DNA from: Cyanophora paradoxa CCMP329
Lineage: Eukaryota > Plantae > Glaucophyta
Length of the DNA stretch: 64,000 nucleotides
NCBI GenBank assembly: GCA_004431415.1
Contig: QPMI01000657.1
Span: forward strand, 206,281-270,280
Reading direction: 5' to 3'
Positions 25,401 to 39,014 of this stretch are shown piece by piece. The translations under genes and the position numbers were made by a program. Below the pieces are notes generated by a model. That model saw only the letters and a list, made by a program, of their open reading frames with translations, made no database searches and was not told where the DNA came from. Each line of letters begins with the position of its first letter. Within the stretch, counting starts at the first letter, position 1.

Positions 25401-28400
25401 AATCACTGAATCAGAAACGACCCACTTATGCACGCCGCCATCGCCAGAGCCGACCGCCCGAGATGGCGATCACTCTAGATCAGCGAGGTGCGGCTCAGGC
25501 CGCAAACGAGCAGTTGCAGGAGTTGCAGCTACGATAATGCTAACCGGATTTGGGAAATGGAGAGCCGCTCGCCTCCCGGTGCAATAGTAGCGACAGTGCG
25601 GCAAAGCCGTGATCATGAGTACTGAAAACTAGCTTCCAAGGCTCTCTGCGAGGTTGCCCGCTTTAAACGAGTGCTTAATTCGAAATGAATGATGCTACTG
25701 ACCTTCGCCGTGCATGCACTCTGATCGGCCGCCTCACGGCTGGAATCACTGAATCAGAAACGACCCACTTATGCACGCCGCCATCGCCAGAGCCGACCGC
25801 CCGAGATGGCGATCACTCTAGATCAGCGAGGTGCGGCTCAGGCCGCAAACGCGCAGTTGCAGGAGTTGCAGCTACGATAATGCAAACCGGATTTAGGAAA
25901 TGGGAGAGCCGCTCGCCCTCCGGTGCAGTAGTAGCGACAGTGCGGCAAAGCCGTGATCATGAGTACTGAAAACTAGCTTCCAAGGCTCTCTGCGAGGTTG
26001 CCCGCTTTAAACGAGTGCTTAATTCGAAATGAATGATGCTACTGACCTTCGCCGTGCATGCACTCTGATCGGCCGCCTCACGGCTGGAATCACTGAATCA
26101 GAAACGACCCACTTATGCACGCCGCCATCGCCAGAGCCGACCGCCCGAGATGGCGATCACTCTAGATCAGCGAGGTGCGGCTCAGGCCGCAAACGAGCAG
26201 TTGCAGGAGTTGCAGCTACGATAATGCTAACCGGATTTAGGAAATGGGAGAGCCGCTCGCCCTCCCGGTGCAATAGTAGCGACAGTGCGGCAAAGCCGTG
26301 ATCATGAGTACTGAAAACTAGCTTCCAAGGCTCTCTGCGAGGTTGCCCGCTTTAAACGAGTGCTTAATTCGAAATGAATGATGCTACTGACCTTCGCCGT
26401 GCATGCACTCTGATCGGCCGCCTCACGGCTGGAATCACTGAATCAGAAACGACCCACTTATGCACGCCGCCATCGCCAGAGCCGACCGCCCGAGATGGCG
26501 ATCACTCTAGATCAGCGAGGTGCGGCTCAGGCCGCAAACGCGCAGTTGCAGGAGTTGCAGCTACGATAATGCAAACCGGATTTAGGAAATGGGAGAGCCG
26601 CTCGCCCTCCCGGTGCAGTAGTAGCGACAGTGCGGCAAAGCCGTGATCATGAGTACTGAAAACTAGCTTCCAAGGCTCTCTGCGAGGTTGCCCGCTTTAA
26701 ACGAGTGCTTAATTCGAAATGAATGATGCTACTGACCTTCGCCGTGCATGCACTCTGATCGGCCGCCTCACGGCTGGAATCACTGAATCAGAAACGACCC
26801 ACTTATGCACGCCGCCATCGCCAGAGCCGACCGCCCGAGATGGCGATCACTCTAGATCAGCGAGGTGCGGCTCAGGCCGCAAACGAGCAGTTGCAGGAGT
26901 TGCAGCTACGATAATGCTAACCGGATTTGGGAAATGGGAGAGCCGCTCGCCCTCCCGGTGCAGTAGTAGTGACAGTGCGGCAAAGCCGTGATCATGAGTA
27001 CTGAAAACTAGCTTCCAAGGCTCTCTGCGAGGTTGCCCGCTTTAAACGAGTGCTTAATTCGAAATGAATGATGCTACTGACCTTCGCCGTGCATGCACTC
27101 TGATCGGTCGCCTCACGGCTGGAATCACTGAATCAGAAACGACCCACTTATGCACGCCGCCATCGCCAGAGCCGACCGCCCGAGATGGCGATCACTCTAG
27201 ATCAGCGAGGTGCGGCTCAGGCCGCAAACGCGCAGTTGCAGGAGTTGCAGCTACGATAATGCAAACCGGATTTAGGAAATGGGAGAGCCGCTCGCCCTCC
27301 CGGTGCAGTAGTAGCGACAGTGCGGCAAAGCCGTGATCATGAGTACTGAAAACTAGCTTCCAAGGCTCTCTGCGAGGTTGCCCGCTTTAAACGAGTGCTT
27401 AATTCGAAATGAATGATGCTACTGACCTTCGCCGTGCATGCACTCTGATCGGCCGCCTCACGGCTGGAATTACTGAATCAGAAACGACCCACTTATGCAC
27501 GCCGCCATCGCCAGAGCCGACCGCCCGAGATGGCGATCACTCTAGATCAGCGAGGTGCGGCTCAGGCCGCAAACGAGCAGTTGCAGGAGTTGCAGCTACG
27601 ATAATGCTAACCGGATTTAGGAAATGGGAGAGCCGCTCGCGCTCCCGGTGCAGTAGTAGCGACAGTGCGGCAAAGCCGTGATCATGAGTACTGAAAACTA
27701 GCTTCCAAGGCTCTCTGCGAGGTTGCCCGCTTTAAACGAGTGCTTAATTCGAAATGAATGATGCTACTGACCTTCGCCGTGCATGCACTCTGATCGGCCG
27801 CCTCACGGCTGGAATCACTGAATCAGAAACGACCCACTTATGCACGCCGCCATCGCCAGAGCCGACCGCCCGAGATGGCGATCACTCTAGATCAGCGAGG
27901 TGCGGCTCAGGCCGCAAACGAGCAGTTGCAGGAGTTGCAGCTACGATAATGCTAACCGGATTTAGGAAATGGGAGAGCCGCTCGCCCTCCCGGTGCAGTA
28001 GTAGTGACAGTGCGGCAAAGCCGTGATCATGAGTACTGAAAACTAGCTTCCAAGGCTCTCTGCGAGGTTGCCCGCTTTAAACGAGTGCTTAATTCGAAAT
28101 GAATGATGCTACTGACCTTCGCCGTGCATGCACTCTGATCGGCCGCCTCACGGCTGGAATCACTGAATCAGAAACGACCCACTTATGCACGCCGCCATCG
28201 CCAGAGCCGACCGCCCGAGATGGCGATCACTCTAGATCAGCGAGGTGCGGCTCAGGCCGCAAACGAGCAGTTGCAGGAGTTGCAGCTACGATAATGCTAA
28301 CCGGATTTGGGAAATGGGAGAGCCGCTCGCCCTCCCGGTGCAGTAGTAGTGACAGTGCGGCAAAGCCGTGATCATGAGTACTGAAAACTAGCTTCCAAGG

Positions 28401-31400
28401 CTCTCTGCGAGGTTGCCCGCTTTAAACGAGTGCTTAATTCGAAATGAATGATGCTACTGACCTTCGCCGTGCATGCACTCTGATCGGCCGCCTCACGGCT
28501 GGAATCACTGAATCAGAAACGACCCACTTATGCACGCCGCCATCGCCAGAGCCGACCGCCCGAGATGGCGATCACTCTAGATCAGCGAGGTGCGGCTCAG
28601 GCCGCAAACGAGCAGTTGCAGGAGTTGCAGCTACGATAATGCTAACCGGATTTGGGAAATGGGAGAGCCGCTTGCCCTCCCGGTGCAATAGTAGCGACAG
28701 TGCGGCAAAGCCACGATCATGAGTACTGAAAACTAGCTTCCAAGGCTCTCTGCGAGGTTGCCCGCTTTAAACGAGTGCTTAATTCGAAATGAATGATGCT
28801 ACTGACCTTCGCCGTGCATGCACTCTGATCGGCCGCCTCACGGCTGGAATTACTGAATCAGCAACGACGTCGACCCACGTGCACGCCGCCATCGCCAGAG
28901 CCGACCGCCCGAGATGGCGATCACTCTAGATCAGCGAGGTGCGGCTCAGGCCGCAAACGAGCAGTTGCAGGAGTTGCAGCTACGATAATGCTAACCGGAT
29001 TTGGGAAATGGGAGAGCCGCTCGCCCTCCCGGTGCAGTAGTAGGGACAGTGCGGCAAAGCCGCGATCATGAGTACTGAAAACTAGCTTCCAAGGCTCTCT
29101 GCGAGGTTGCCCGCTTTAAACGAGTGCTTAATTCGAAATGAATGATGCTACTGACCTTCGCCGTGCATGCACTCTGATCGGCCGCCTCACGGCTGGAATC
29201 ACTGAATCAGAAACGACCCACTTATGCACGCCGCCATCGCCAGAGCCGACCGCCCGAGATGGCGATCACTCTAGATCAGCGAGGTGCGGCTCAGGCCGCA
29301 AACGAGCAGTTGCAGGAGTTGCAGCTACGATAATGCTAACCGGATTTAGGAAATGGGAGAGCCGCTCGCCCTCCCGGTGCAGTAGTAGTGACAGTGCGGC
29401 AAAGCCGTGATCATGAGTACTGAAAACTAGCTTCCAAGGCTCTCTGCGAGGTTGCCCGCTTTAAACGAGTGCTTAATTCGAAATGAATGATGCTACTGAC
29501 CTTCGCCGTGCATGCACTCTGATCGGTCGCCTCACGGCTGGAATCACTGAATCAGAAACGACCCACTTATGCACGCCGCCATCGCCAGAGCCGACCGCCC
29601 GAGATGGCGATCACTCTAGATCAGCGAGGTGCGGCTCAGGCCGCAAACGAGCAGTTGCAGGAGTTGCAGCTACGATAATGCTAACCGGATTTGGGAAATG
29701 GGAGAGCCGCTCGCCCTCCCGGTGCAATAGTAGCGACAGTGCGGCAAAGCCGCGATCATGAGTACTGAAAACTAGCTTCCAAGGCTCTCTGCGAGGTTGC
29801 CCGCTTTAAACGAGTGCTTAATTCGAAATGAATGATGCTACTGACCTTCGCCGTGCATGCACTCTGATCGGTCGCCTCACGGCTGGAATCACTGAATCAG
29901 AAACGACCCACTTATGCACGCCGCCATCGCCAGAGCCGACCGCCCGAGATGGCGATCACTCTAGATCAGCGAGGTGCGGCTCAGGCCGCAAACGAGCAGT
30001 TGCAGGAGTTGCAGCTACGATAATGCTAACCGGATTTGGGAAATGGGAGAGCCGCTCGCCTCCCGGTGCAATAGTAGCGACAGTGCGGCAAAGCCGCGAT
30101 CATGAGTACTGAAAACTAGCTTCCAAGGCTCTCTGCGAGGTTGCCCGCTTTAAACGAGTGCTTAATTCGAAATGAATGATGCTACTGACCTTCGCCGTGC
30201 ATGCACTCTGATCGGCCGCCTCACGGCTGGAATTACTGAATCAGCAACGACGTCGACCCACGTGCACGCCGCCATCGCCAGAGCCGACCGCCCGAGATGG
30301 CGATCACTCTAGATCAGCGAGGTGCGGCTCAGGCCGCAAACGAGCAGTTGCAGGAGTTGCAGCTACGATAATGCAAACCGGATTTGGGAAATGGGAGAGC
30401 CGCTCGCCCTCCCGGTGCAGTAGTAGCGACAGTGCGGCAAAGCCGTGATCATGAGTACTGAAAACTAGCTTCCAAGGCTCTCTGCGAGGTTGCCCGCTTT
30501 AAACGAGTGCTTAATTCGAAATGAATGATGCTACTGACCTTCGCCGTGCATGCACTCTGATCGGCCGCCTCACGGCTGGAATCACTGAATCAGCATGCGC
30601 AACGACCCACGCCGCCATCGCCAGAGCCGACCGCCCGAGATGGCGATCACTCTAGATCAGCGAGGTGCGGCTCAGGCCGCAAACGAGCAGTTGCAGGAGT
30701 TGCAGCTACGATAATGCTAACCGGATTTGGGAAATGGGAGAGCCGCTCGCCCTCCCGGTGCAATAGTAGCGACAGTGCGGCAAAGCCGCGATCATGAGTA
30801 CTGAAAACTAGCTTCCAAGGCTCTCTGCGAGGTTGCCCGCTTTAAACGAGTGCTTAATTCGAAATGAATGATGCTACTGACCTTCGCCGTGCATGCACTC
30901 TGATCGGCCGCCTCACGGCTGGAATTACTGAATCAGCAACGACGTCGACCCACTTATGCACGCCGCCATCGCCAGAGCCGACCGCCCGAGATGGCGATCA
31001 TGATCACTCTAGATCAGCGAGGTGCGGCTCAGGCCGCAAACGAGCAGTTGCAGGAGTTGCAGCTACGATAATGCTAACCGGATTTAGGAAATGGGAGAGC
31101 CGCTCGCCCTCCCAGTGCAGTAGTAGCGACAGTGCGGCAAAGCCGTGATCATGAGTACTGAAAACTAGCTTCCAAGGCTCTCTGCGAGGTTGCCCGCTTT
31201 AAACGAGTGCTTAATTCGACATGAATGATGCTACTGACCTTCGCCGTGCATGCACTCTGATCGGTCGCCTCACGGCTGGAATCACTGAATCAGAAACGAC
31301 CCACTTATGCACGCCGCCATCGCCAGAGCCGACCGCCCGAGATGGCGATCACTCTAGATCAGCGAGGTGCGGCTCAGGCCGCAAACGAGCAGTTGCAGGA

Positions 31401-34400
31401 GTTGCAGCTACGATAATGCTAACCGGATTTGGGAAATGGGAGAGCCGCTCGCCCTCCCGGTGCAATAGTAGCGACAGTGCGGCAAAGCCGCGATCATGAG
31501 TACTGAAAACTAGCTTCCAAGGCTCTCTGCGAGGTTGCCCGCTTTAAACGAGTGCTTAATTCGAAATGAATGATGCTACTGACCTTCGCCGTGCATGCAC
31601 TCTGATCGGCCGCCTCACGGCTGGAATTACTGAATCAGCAACGACGTCGACCCACGTGCACGCCGCCATCGCCAGAGCCGACCGCCCGAGATGGCGATCA
31701 CTCTAGATCAGCGAGGTGCGGCTCAGGCCGCAAACGAGCAGTTGCAGGAGTTGCAGCTACGATAATGCAAACCGGATTTGGGAAATGGGAGAGCCGCTCG
31801 CCCTCCCGGTGCAGTAGTAGCGACAGTGCGGCAAAGCCGTGATCATGAGTACTGAAAACTAGCTTCCAAGGCTCTCTGCGAGGTTGCCCGCTTTAAACGA
31901 GTGCTTAATTCGAAATGAATGATGCTACTGACCTTCGCCGTGCATGCACTCTGATCGGCCGCCTCACGGCTGGAATCACTGAATCAGCATGCGCAACGAC
32001 CCACGCCGCCATCGCCAGAGCCGACCGCCCGAGATGGCGATCACTCTAGATCAGCGAGGTGCGGCTCAGGCCGCAAACGAGCAGTTGCAGGAGTTGCAGC
32101 TACGATAATGCTAACCGGATTTGGGAAATGGGAGAGCCGCTCGCCCTCCCGGTGCAATAGTAGCGACAGTGCGGCAAAGCCGCGATCATGAGTACTGAAA
32201 ACTAGCTTCCAAGGCTCTCTGCGAGGTTGCCCGCTTTAAACGAGTGCTTAATTCGAAATGAATGATGCTACTGACCTTCGCCGTGCATGCACTCTGATCG
32301 GCCGCCTCACGGCTGGAATTACTGAATCAGCAACGACGTCGACCCACGTGCACGCCGCCATCGCCAGAGCCGACCGCCCGAGATGGCGATCACTCTAGAT
32401 CAGCGAGGTGCGGCTCAGGCCGCAAACGAGCAGTTGCAGGAGTTGCAGCTACGATAATGCTAACCGGATTTGGGAAATGGGAGAGCCGCTCGCCCTCCCG
32501 GTGCAGTAGTAGCGACAGTGCGGCAAAGCCGCGATCATGAGTACTGAAAACTAGCTTCCAAGGCTCTCTGCGAGGTTGCCCGCTTTAAACGAGTGCTTAA
32601 TTCGAAATGAATGATGCTACTGACCTTCGCCGTGCATGCACTCTGATCGGCCGCCTCACGGCTGGAATCACTGAATCAGAAACGACCCACTTATGCACGC
32701 CGCCATCGCCAGAGCCGACCGCCCGAGATGGCGATCACTCTAGATCAGCGAGGTGCGGCTCAGGCCGCAAACGAGCAGTTGCAGGAGTTGCAGCTACGAT
32801 AATGCTAACCGGATTTAGGAAATGGGAGAGCCGCTCGCCCTCCCGGTGCAGTAGTAGTGACAGTGCGGCAAAGCCGTGATCATGAGTACTGAAAACTAGC
32901 TTCCAAGGCTCTCTGCGAGGTTGCCCGCTTTAAACGAGTGCTTAATTCGAAATGAATGATGCTACTGACCTTCGCCGTGCATGCACTCTGATCGGTCGCC
33001 TCACGGCTGGAATCACTGAATCAGAAACGACCCACTTATGCACGCCGCCATCGCCAGAGCCGACCGCCCGAGATGGCGATCACTCTAGATCAGCGAGGTG
33101 CGGCTCAGGCCGCAAACGAGCAGTTGCAGGAGTTGCAGCTACGATAATGCTAACCGGATTTGGGAAATGGGAGAGCCGCTCGCCCTCCCGGTGCAATAGT
33201 AGCGACAGTGCGGCAAAGCCGCGATCATGAGTACTGAAAACTAGCTTCCAAGGCTCTCTGCGAGGTTGCCCGCTTTAAACGAGTGCTTAATTCGAAATGA
33301 ATGATGCTACTGACCTTCGCCGTGCATGCACTCTGATCGGCCGCCTCACGGCTGGAATTCGAATTACTGAATCAGCAACGACGTCGACCCACGTGCACGC
33401 CGCCATCGCCAGAGCCGACCGCCCGAGATGGCGATCACTCTAGATCAGCGAGGTGCGGCTCAGGCCGCAAACGAGCAGTTGCAGGAGTTGCAGCTACGAT
33501 AATGCAAACCGGATTTGGGAAATGGGAGAGCCGCTCGCCCTCCCGGTGCAGTAGTAGCGACAGTGCGGCAAAGCCGTGATCATGAGTACTGAAAACTAGC
33601 TTCCAAGGCTCTCTGCGAGGTTGCCCGCTTTAAACGAGTGCTTAATTCGAAATGAATGATGCTACTGACCTTCGCCGTGCATGCACTCTGATCGGCCGCC
33701 TCACGGCTGGAATCACTGAATCAGCATGCGCAACGACCCACGCCGCCATCGCCAGAGCCGACCGCCCGAGATGGCGATCACTCTAGATCAGCGAGGTGCG
33801 GCTCAGGCCGCAAACGAGCAGTTGCAGGAGTTGCAGCTACGATAATGCTAACCGGATTTGGGAAATGGGAGAGCCGCTCGCCCTCCCGGTGCAATAGTAG
33901 CGACAGTGCGGCAAAGCCGCGATCATGAGTACTGAAAACTAGCTTCCAAGGCTCTCTGCGAGGTTGCCCGCTTTAAACGAGTGCTTAATTCGAAATGAAT
34001 GATGCTACTGACCTTCGCCGTGCATGCACTCTGATCGGCCGCCTCACGGCTGGAATTACTGAATCAGCAACGACGTCGACCCACGTGCACGCCGCCATCG
34101 CCAGAGCCGACCGCCCGAGATGGCGATCACTCTAGATCAGCGAGGTGCGGCTCAGGCCGCAAACGAGCAGTTGCAGGAGTTGCAGCTACGATAATGCTAA
34201 CCGGATTTGGGAAATGGGAGAGCCGCTCGCCCTCCGGTGCAGTAGTAGCGACAGTGCGGCAAAGCCGTGATCATGAGTACTGAAAACTAGCTTCCAAGGC
34301 TCTCTGCGAGGTTGCCCGCTTTAAACGAGTGCTTAATTCGAAATGAATGATGCTACTGACCTTCGCCGTGCATGCACTCTGATCGGCCGCCTCACGGCTG

Positions 34401-34712
34401 GAATCACTGAATCAGCATGCGCAACGACCCACGCCGCCATCGCCAGAGCCGACCGCCCGAGATGGCGATCACTCTAGATCAGCGAGGTGCGGCTCAGGCC
34501 GCAAACGAGCAGTTGCAGGAGTTGCAGCTACGATAATGCTAACCGGATTTAGGAAATGGGAGAGCCGCTCGCCCTCCCGGTGCAGTAGTAGCGACAGTGC
34601 GGCAAAGCCGTGATCATGAGTACTGAGAGCTCGCCCTCCCGGTGCAGTAGTAGCGACAGTGCGGCAAAGCTGTGATCATGAGTACTGAAAACTAGCTTTC
34701 AAGGCTCTCTGC
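19453..34712 (+). repeat. tandem array, 44 copies of a ~345-bp unit
   Basis: ATGAATGATGCTACTGACC recurs every 343-357 bp from 19472 to 34343. The centre is near-identical and the edge units are variant. Confidence 0.98.
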
Positions 34713-35099
34713 AAGGAAGTCTTCTGCGAGAAAGTCTAGCCGACCGCCAGAGCCATAATTATAAGAGCCGGAGTCTTTTGGCGGGTCGGATTATATCAAA
34801 ATAGATGGTAGTCGCTCGCTCATGAGCATCGCCGGTCAACTTTGCTCATGGCTTCCCAGCCACTGAGCCCTAGGGCCGCTTCAACTGTTCCTGAAATCAC
34901 CTACCAGGTTCTGGAATGCTACAGCTAGTTGTTCATGTCGTGCACGTGTCGAGCCGTTCATGATCAGCACCTACCAGGGTCTGGAAAGCTACAGCTAGTT
35001 GTCGCGTCGAGCTGGTGTTTTAGCTGTAGGCCTCCAGGGCTGCTGCGAGGTTGCACAGATCCGCCCTATAATTAGCTGGCGCCAGTAATAACGGTAACT

Positions 35100-38000
35100 G
35101 AATGCATTATGGACGAACCAGCATTGAAATCAATTGGGAATATATATCGATGCAATGATGACTTTTCGGCAGCAGGCTGCACAGAAACTCCAAGAGGTGG
35201 GACATTTGGAGGGACTGCAAAGAGAAACCCTGTGTTGACGTTGCAAAACACTCATTCAAAATATACGTGGAAAGCCTTGTACCTGCATGAGACAGCTGAT
35301 CTGTGCGCTCAGAGCCTCTAGATGTGGAAGCCCTTAAGCTTCGAATTCGCTCGGCAGCGGGATGGCTGTTCATGATGTGTCGAATCTTGTCTCGAATTAA
35401 TTCTGACGCTGCATGAAGGTCTTGAAAGAATCTTGGATTGGCTTTTCGCATCCTGCACACTGCGAATAGTGAATAGGCGTGTGTGAATTCAATTTTGCGA
35501 AATTATAACAATATAACTACTGACGTTCTTCGAGCAGCCATGAAGTTTGAAGAAGTGCGAAACGATAAGGCTGAGTTGTGACAGCATCTGTGAAGACTCT
35601 AATAAGTGTATGCAGTTGCTTTTAGAAACGACTCTTATAAGTATATGCAATTGCTTTAGAGCGGCTCCATACCTACATAATCGTTTTGTGCGAAATGCTT
35701 GGCAGAGACTTCGAAAGTGCGATACCAGGGATCTTCTCCACTTGGCATTTGCTTCACCTGAGTAACAATCGCATATGAATGTGCAATATATGCATGTAAT
35801 AATTACGCACAAGAATGAATGATGGAATCAACATCTTTCCCGTAATCACACCGTGGACGTAGACGTGGTCACGATTGGCTGCAGCGCTCACGAACTGCTC
35901 GAATGCGAAATTCGATTTTGCCGTTCTGCAGGCGGCTGGCCATTGCATGCGATAAGCTTGCATGCTCGAGCTCGCATTATACGCATATGCCGACACACAC
36001 CCGTATTCGATTCATCGAAGACAAGGGCTATGCCGAACTCCAGGCAGATTGCCGATAGCTGCAGAAAGTAGTCCAGCGACATATAACGTATTCCTTCGTA
36101 GGGATCCATTTGGATCGCCTCGCAGATGATGACCTATTTCCACGCTAGTCACGCTTGAATTTCACAAACAGGACTATAAGACATGCATGCGCATGCAGAT
36201 ACGTACGTATACACGAGCATACCTTGATGGGCAGCTTCGAAAAAGGATGCGACTTTGTCAGCTCTTCTTGAGTGATCTCTGCACTTTCTTGCTTGCGACC
36301 TTGAATCATCTGTATATATTTATATCGGAAGCAAGGCATCCCCCGGCCTGGCATCAGGCGATCATCTCTGCATCTTAAGCTTGCAAAGTTTCAAACCGTG
36401 CGAAGTTCTCGAATAGCGTTTTGAACCGCCGCTGCTTTTGGTTCTGGTCGTTGCTTACTTGGATGTTCATTCTCGTAGATGCAAGGGATGACGACGTATT
36501 TTTCCCTTGGGATAGTACAATCAGCGGCTCTAAATTTTCGTATGCACATAAATTAAAAAGAGACAGTTGGCAGACCTTCCCATAATTGCACTAGCAGGCA
36601 TGGGCTCTCGTTTGTTGGTCGCGTTTGGTACATTTGTTCCGAGAGCGCCTCTTGATGTTCCGTAGCATCCTTTTGCCCAGACATACGTCCCCATTTTGCA
36701 CTTGGGATTTGAGTGCAGGCTCGCGATCTATTTGAAGTTTAGTCGTCTCAAAATTTGACAAATAGGAAGAAAAGAGCACCAGGCATGCAATCTCATTGAT
36801 CACCGATTCCAAGTCAGATGAGCTGCCAGCGTTTGCACGCATCAACAATTTGAAGCCCTCTGACAACGTGTTGAGGTAGCCATCAATCGTTTTCCTCAAA
36901 GCTTCAATTTTCTCTGCGTCACGTACACATCACTGAACTGTTGATTCAGCATCTAGCGTTTGAGAATTAATATACCCGTTGAGTAATACTGAAATTGTAC
37001 ATGTGTGCCGTCGACGTCGACGTTAACGTTGTCATGCACCAATGAGGGCAAGGCCATTGGGTCTGACAAAGCATGCCGCATGAATCTGTAAAGGTTGAAG
37101 AACAAATTAGATACGGCAGATATCGCGATCGATCATGGGATTGCAGCCGAGTATAAATCACTCACTTGCCGGTAAGATCATGGGTGACTTTCGGTTGTGA
37201 AAGTACGGATGCCATTGATGAGCCCCAAGCTCTGAAAAAATCTTGCTTGCCTGCATTGTAGGTGGATCTCAACTGTGGATCGTGATGCAGTCGACTCTGC
37301 AAAATTTCCACAGCCACTGCTGGTGCCACCAGGGACCAAGTGGAGTCGTTGGCCTCCGGATCTGGGCTGCAACTGGAACTAGTCCTCCAATCTTGAAGGG
37401 GATCCAGAAGCCCTGAAAGATCGTCTGTGGATAGTTCAGCACATGCTCTGCGTATGCAAAAGAGGCTTAATCAGCGTTAACGTTGTTATGAAGTATAAAA
37501 AGAACATCCTCAGGCACCGAAACGCTTCGAGCGCTTCTTCAGGACTATGGAGCTGACTGAAGCTGAGAAACATGATGAGCACTTGGACGATAGGGCTCTT
37601 GAAATTATTTGCCAGCTGCAGATTCATTGCCCTGTCGACGTAAAATATATTAACAAGCGAATTTCAGAGCAATTGCGAGCATTGTACTGACTTCATGACG
37701 GCTGTGAAGATGCCCGTTAATGCAGACAAGCATGGAAGATCCGACTTCAGGTTTCGAAGCAGTTCTGTTCGTTTCACGAATGAGGTCGCCGCGGCGCGGC
37801 CCTGTTGCGGGCCGCATTCGCAAAGAACGGGATCGCGCACGGCTAGCGCTGAGGGGCCTGGCAGCCTCGAAGGCGGCCGCCTTCCGCTTTGCAGCTGCAC
37901 CGGACTCTGTGATTTTCAAACCGAGGGCGCGAGTTAGCTGCTAACCGGGCCGCACACGCAAGGAGCAGCTGCACGCACGGGTGCCTGGGGATGCGGGAGC

Positions 38001-38449
38001 ACTGCTAGCGCTGGCGGCCGCCTTCCGCTTGGCAGCTGCCATCAATTGCAAGCTTTCAATTGCAAGCTTTCGCGTGCAGGGCGCCCCCGCGGCGCGCCTA
38101 GCGTGCCTGTGCCTTGCGGCGCGTGTTGCTATAGATGTTAGGGACTGCTCAGCACGGGCTGCAGCGCCACCGGCAGCTGTTCCGTTTTGTATGGCACATG
38201 CAAGGCGGCCGTTCTCGGAGCGAAATCGATTGCCGGGCGGTCTAGCGGGGCCGAATATCGCTTTTAGATGCTAGAGAGTGAAAGCGCACCTCCGGAGGCT
38301 TGGCAATCGATTCTGCTACCCGCTCTGGCCGCGGCGGCATTGGCGGTATGCTGGCGCTTCACGGCGGCGAGCTTGCCATGCCCTTTCTGATGCGATCGCT
38401 TTGGCTTCTCCTGGGCGTCCGCCGCGGTGACTTCGGGGGCGTCCTCCAT
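35100..38449 (-). CDS. multi-exon gene with a C-terminal class-III (PLP) aminotransferase-like domain, carried inside the transposon
   Basis: Exons read ANAGSSSDLESVINEIA, YVWAKGCYGTSRGALG, YFLQLSAICLEFGIALVFDESNT-AACRTAKSNFAFEQF, GVITGKML. These match the order of class-III motifs NSGSEA, YHGRT.GAL, LIFDEVQTG.GRTG..FA.E, T.GK. GT-AG introns. The outer boundaries are uncertain. Confidence 0.6.
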
Positions 38450-39014
38450 TGCCGCTCGGCGTTGCCAAGTTGCTCAGCGTTCCTTTCAAGTTTGCTCGAG
38501 CTCTAGATCTAGATCTCCGCTGCTGCTTGTCCTCTTAAAAGAGCGATTCCCCTCTAGATCTCCGCGTTTGATCTCCTCTAGCTTCACGGCGCCGCTTGCC
38601 CCCCCCTCCAGAAAGCGTACCCCCAAAAGTTTTGGGAACGGCCGTCCTCGTTCAAAAAAGCGAGCAGCTCTGCCTACCGAACAGCTCAGCGACTGCTGCC
38701 GAATGAAGATCATTGCCGATCGGAATGCAAACCATTTGAGGGCGAGGAGAGGTCAGGTTTGTGTGGCTGTTCGTGCTCCAGGTGCGCTCCCGCTCATCAC
38801 AGCTGCACGCTTGCAATAGGCTGTTTCCTTAGTTGCGCAAAAGCGATAGCAATTGGTTCGCAGCTGCTCATCCGCCCCAGCCGCGGCCGCAGGCTGCAGC
38901 TGCTCATGGCCATGGAATGGATCGATGGCGCCGCGCGCGCCGGCAAGCGCGACCTTCAACGAAGGTGCGCATCCCCTTGGTTGCAACTTCTCATCATTTC
39001 CCGCCTGCTCATAG

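Noticed and set aside
19472-33230. Repeated 90-aa ORF (MNDATDLRR...) as a real multicopy gene
   Set aside because: Many units are frameshifted, and the homologous 304-bp unit does not keep the frame beyond the first few codons.
19453-34712. CRISPR-like array
   Set aside because: Whole 345-bp units are near-identical with no unique spacers, and no cas genes are present.
34750-39000. Fanzor/TnpB or DDE transposase inside the CACTG element
   Set aside because: No RuvC, zinc-finger or TnpD motifs in the exons I could read; they fit an aminotransferase-like fold instead.
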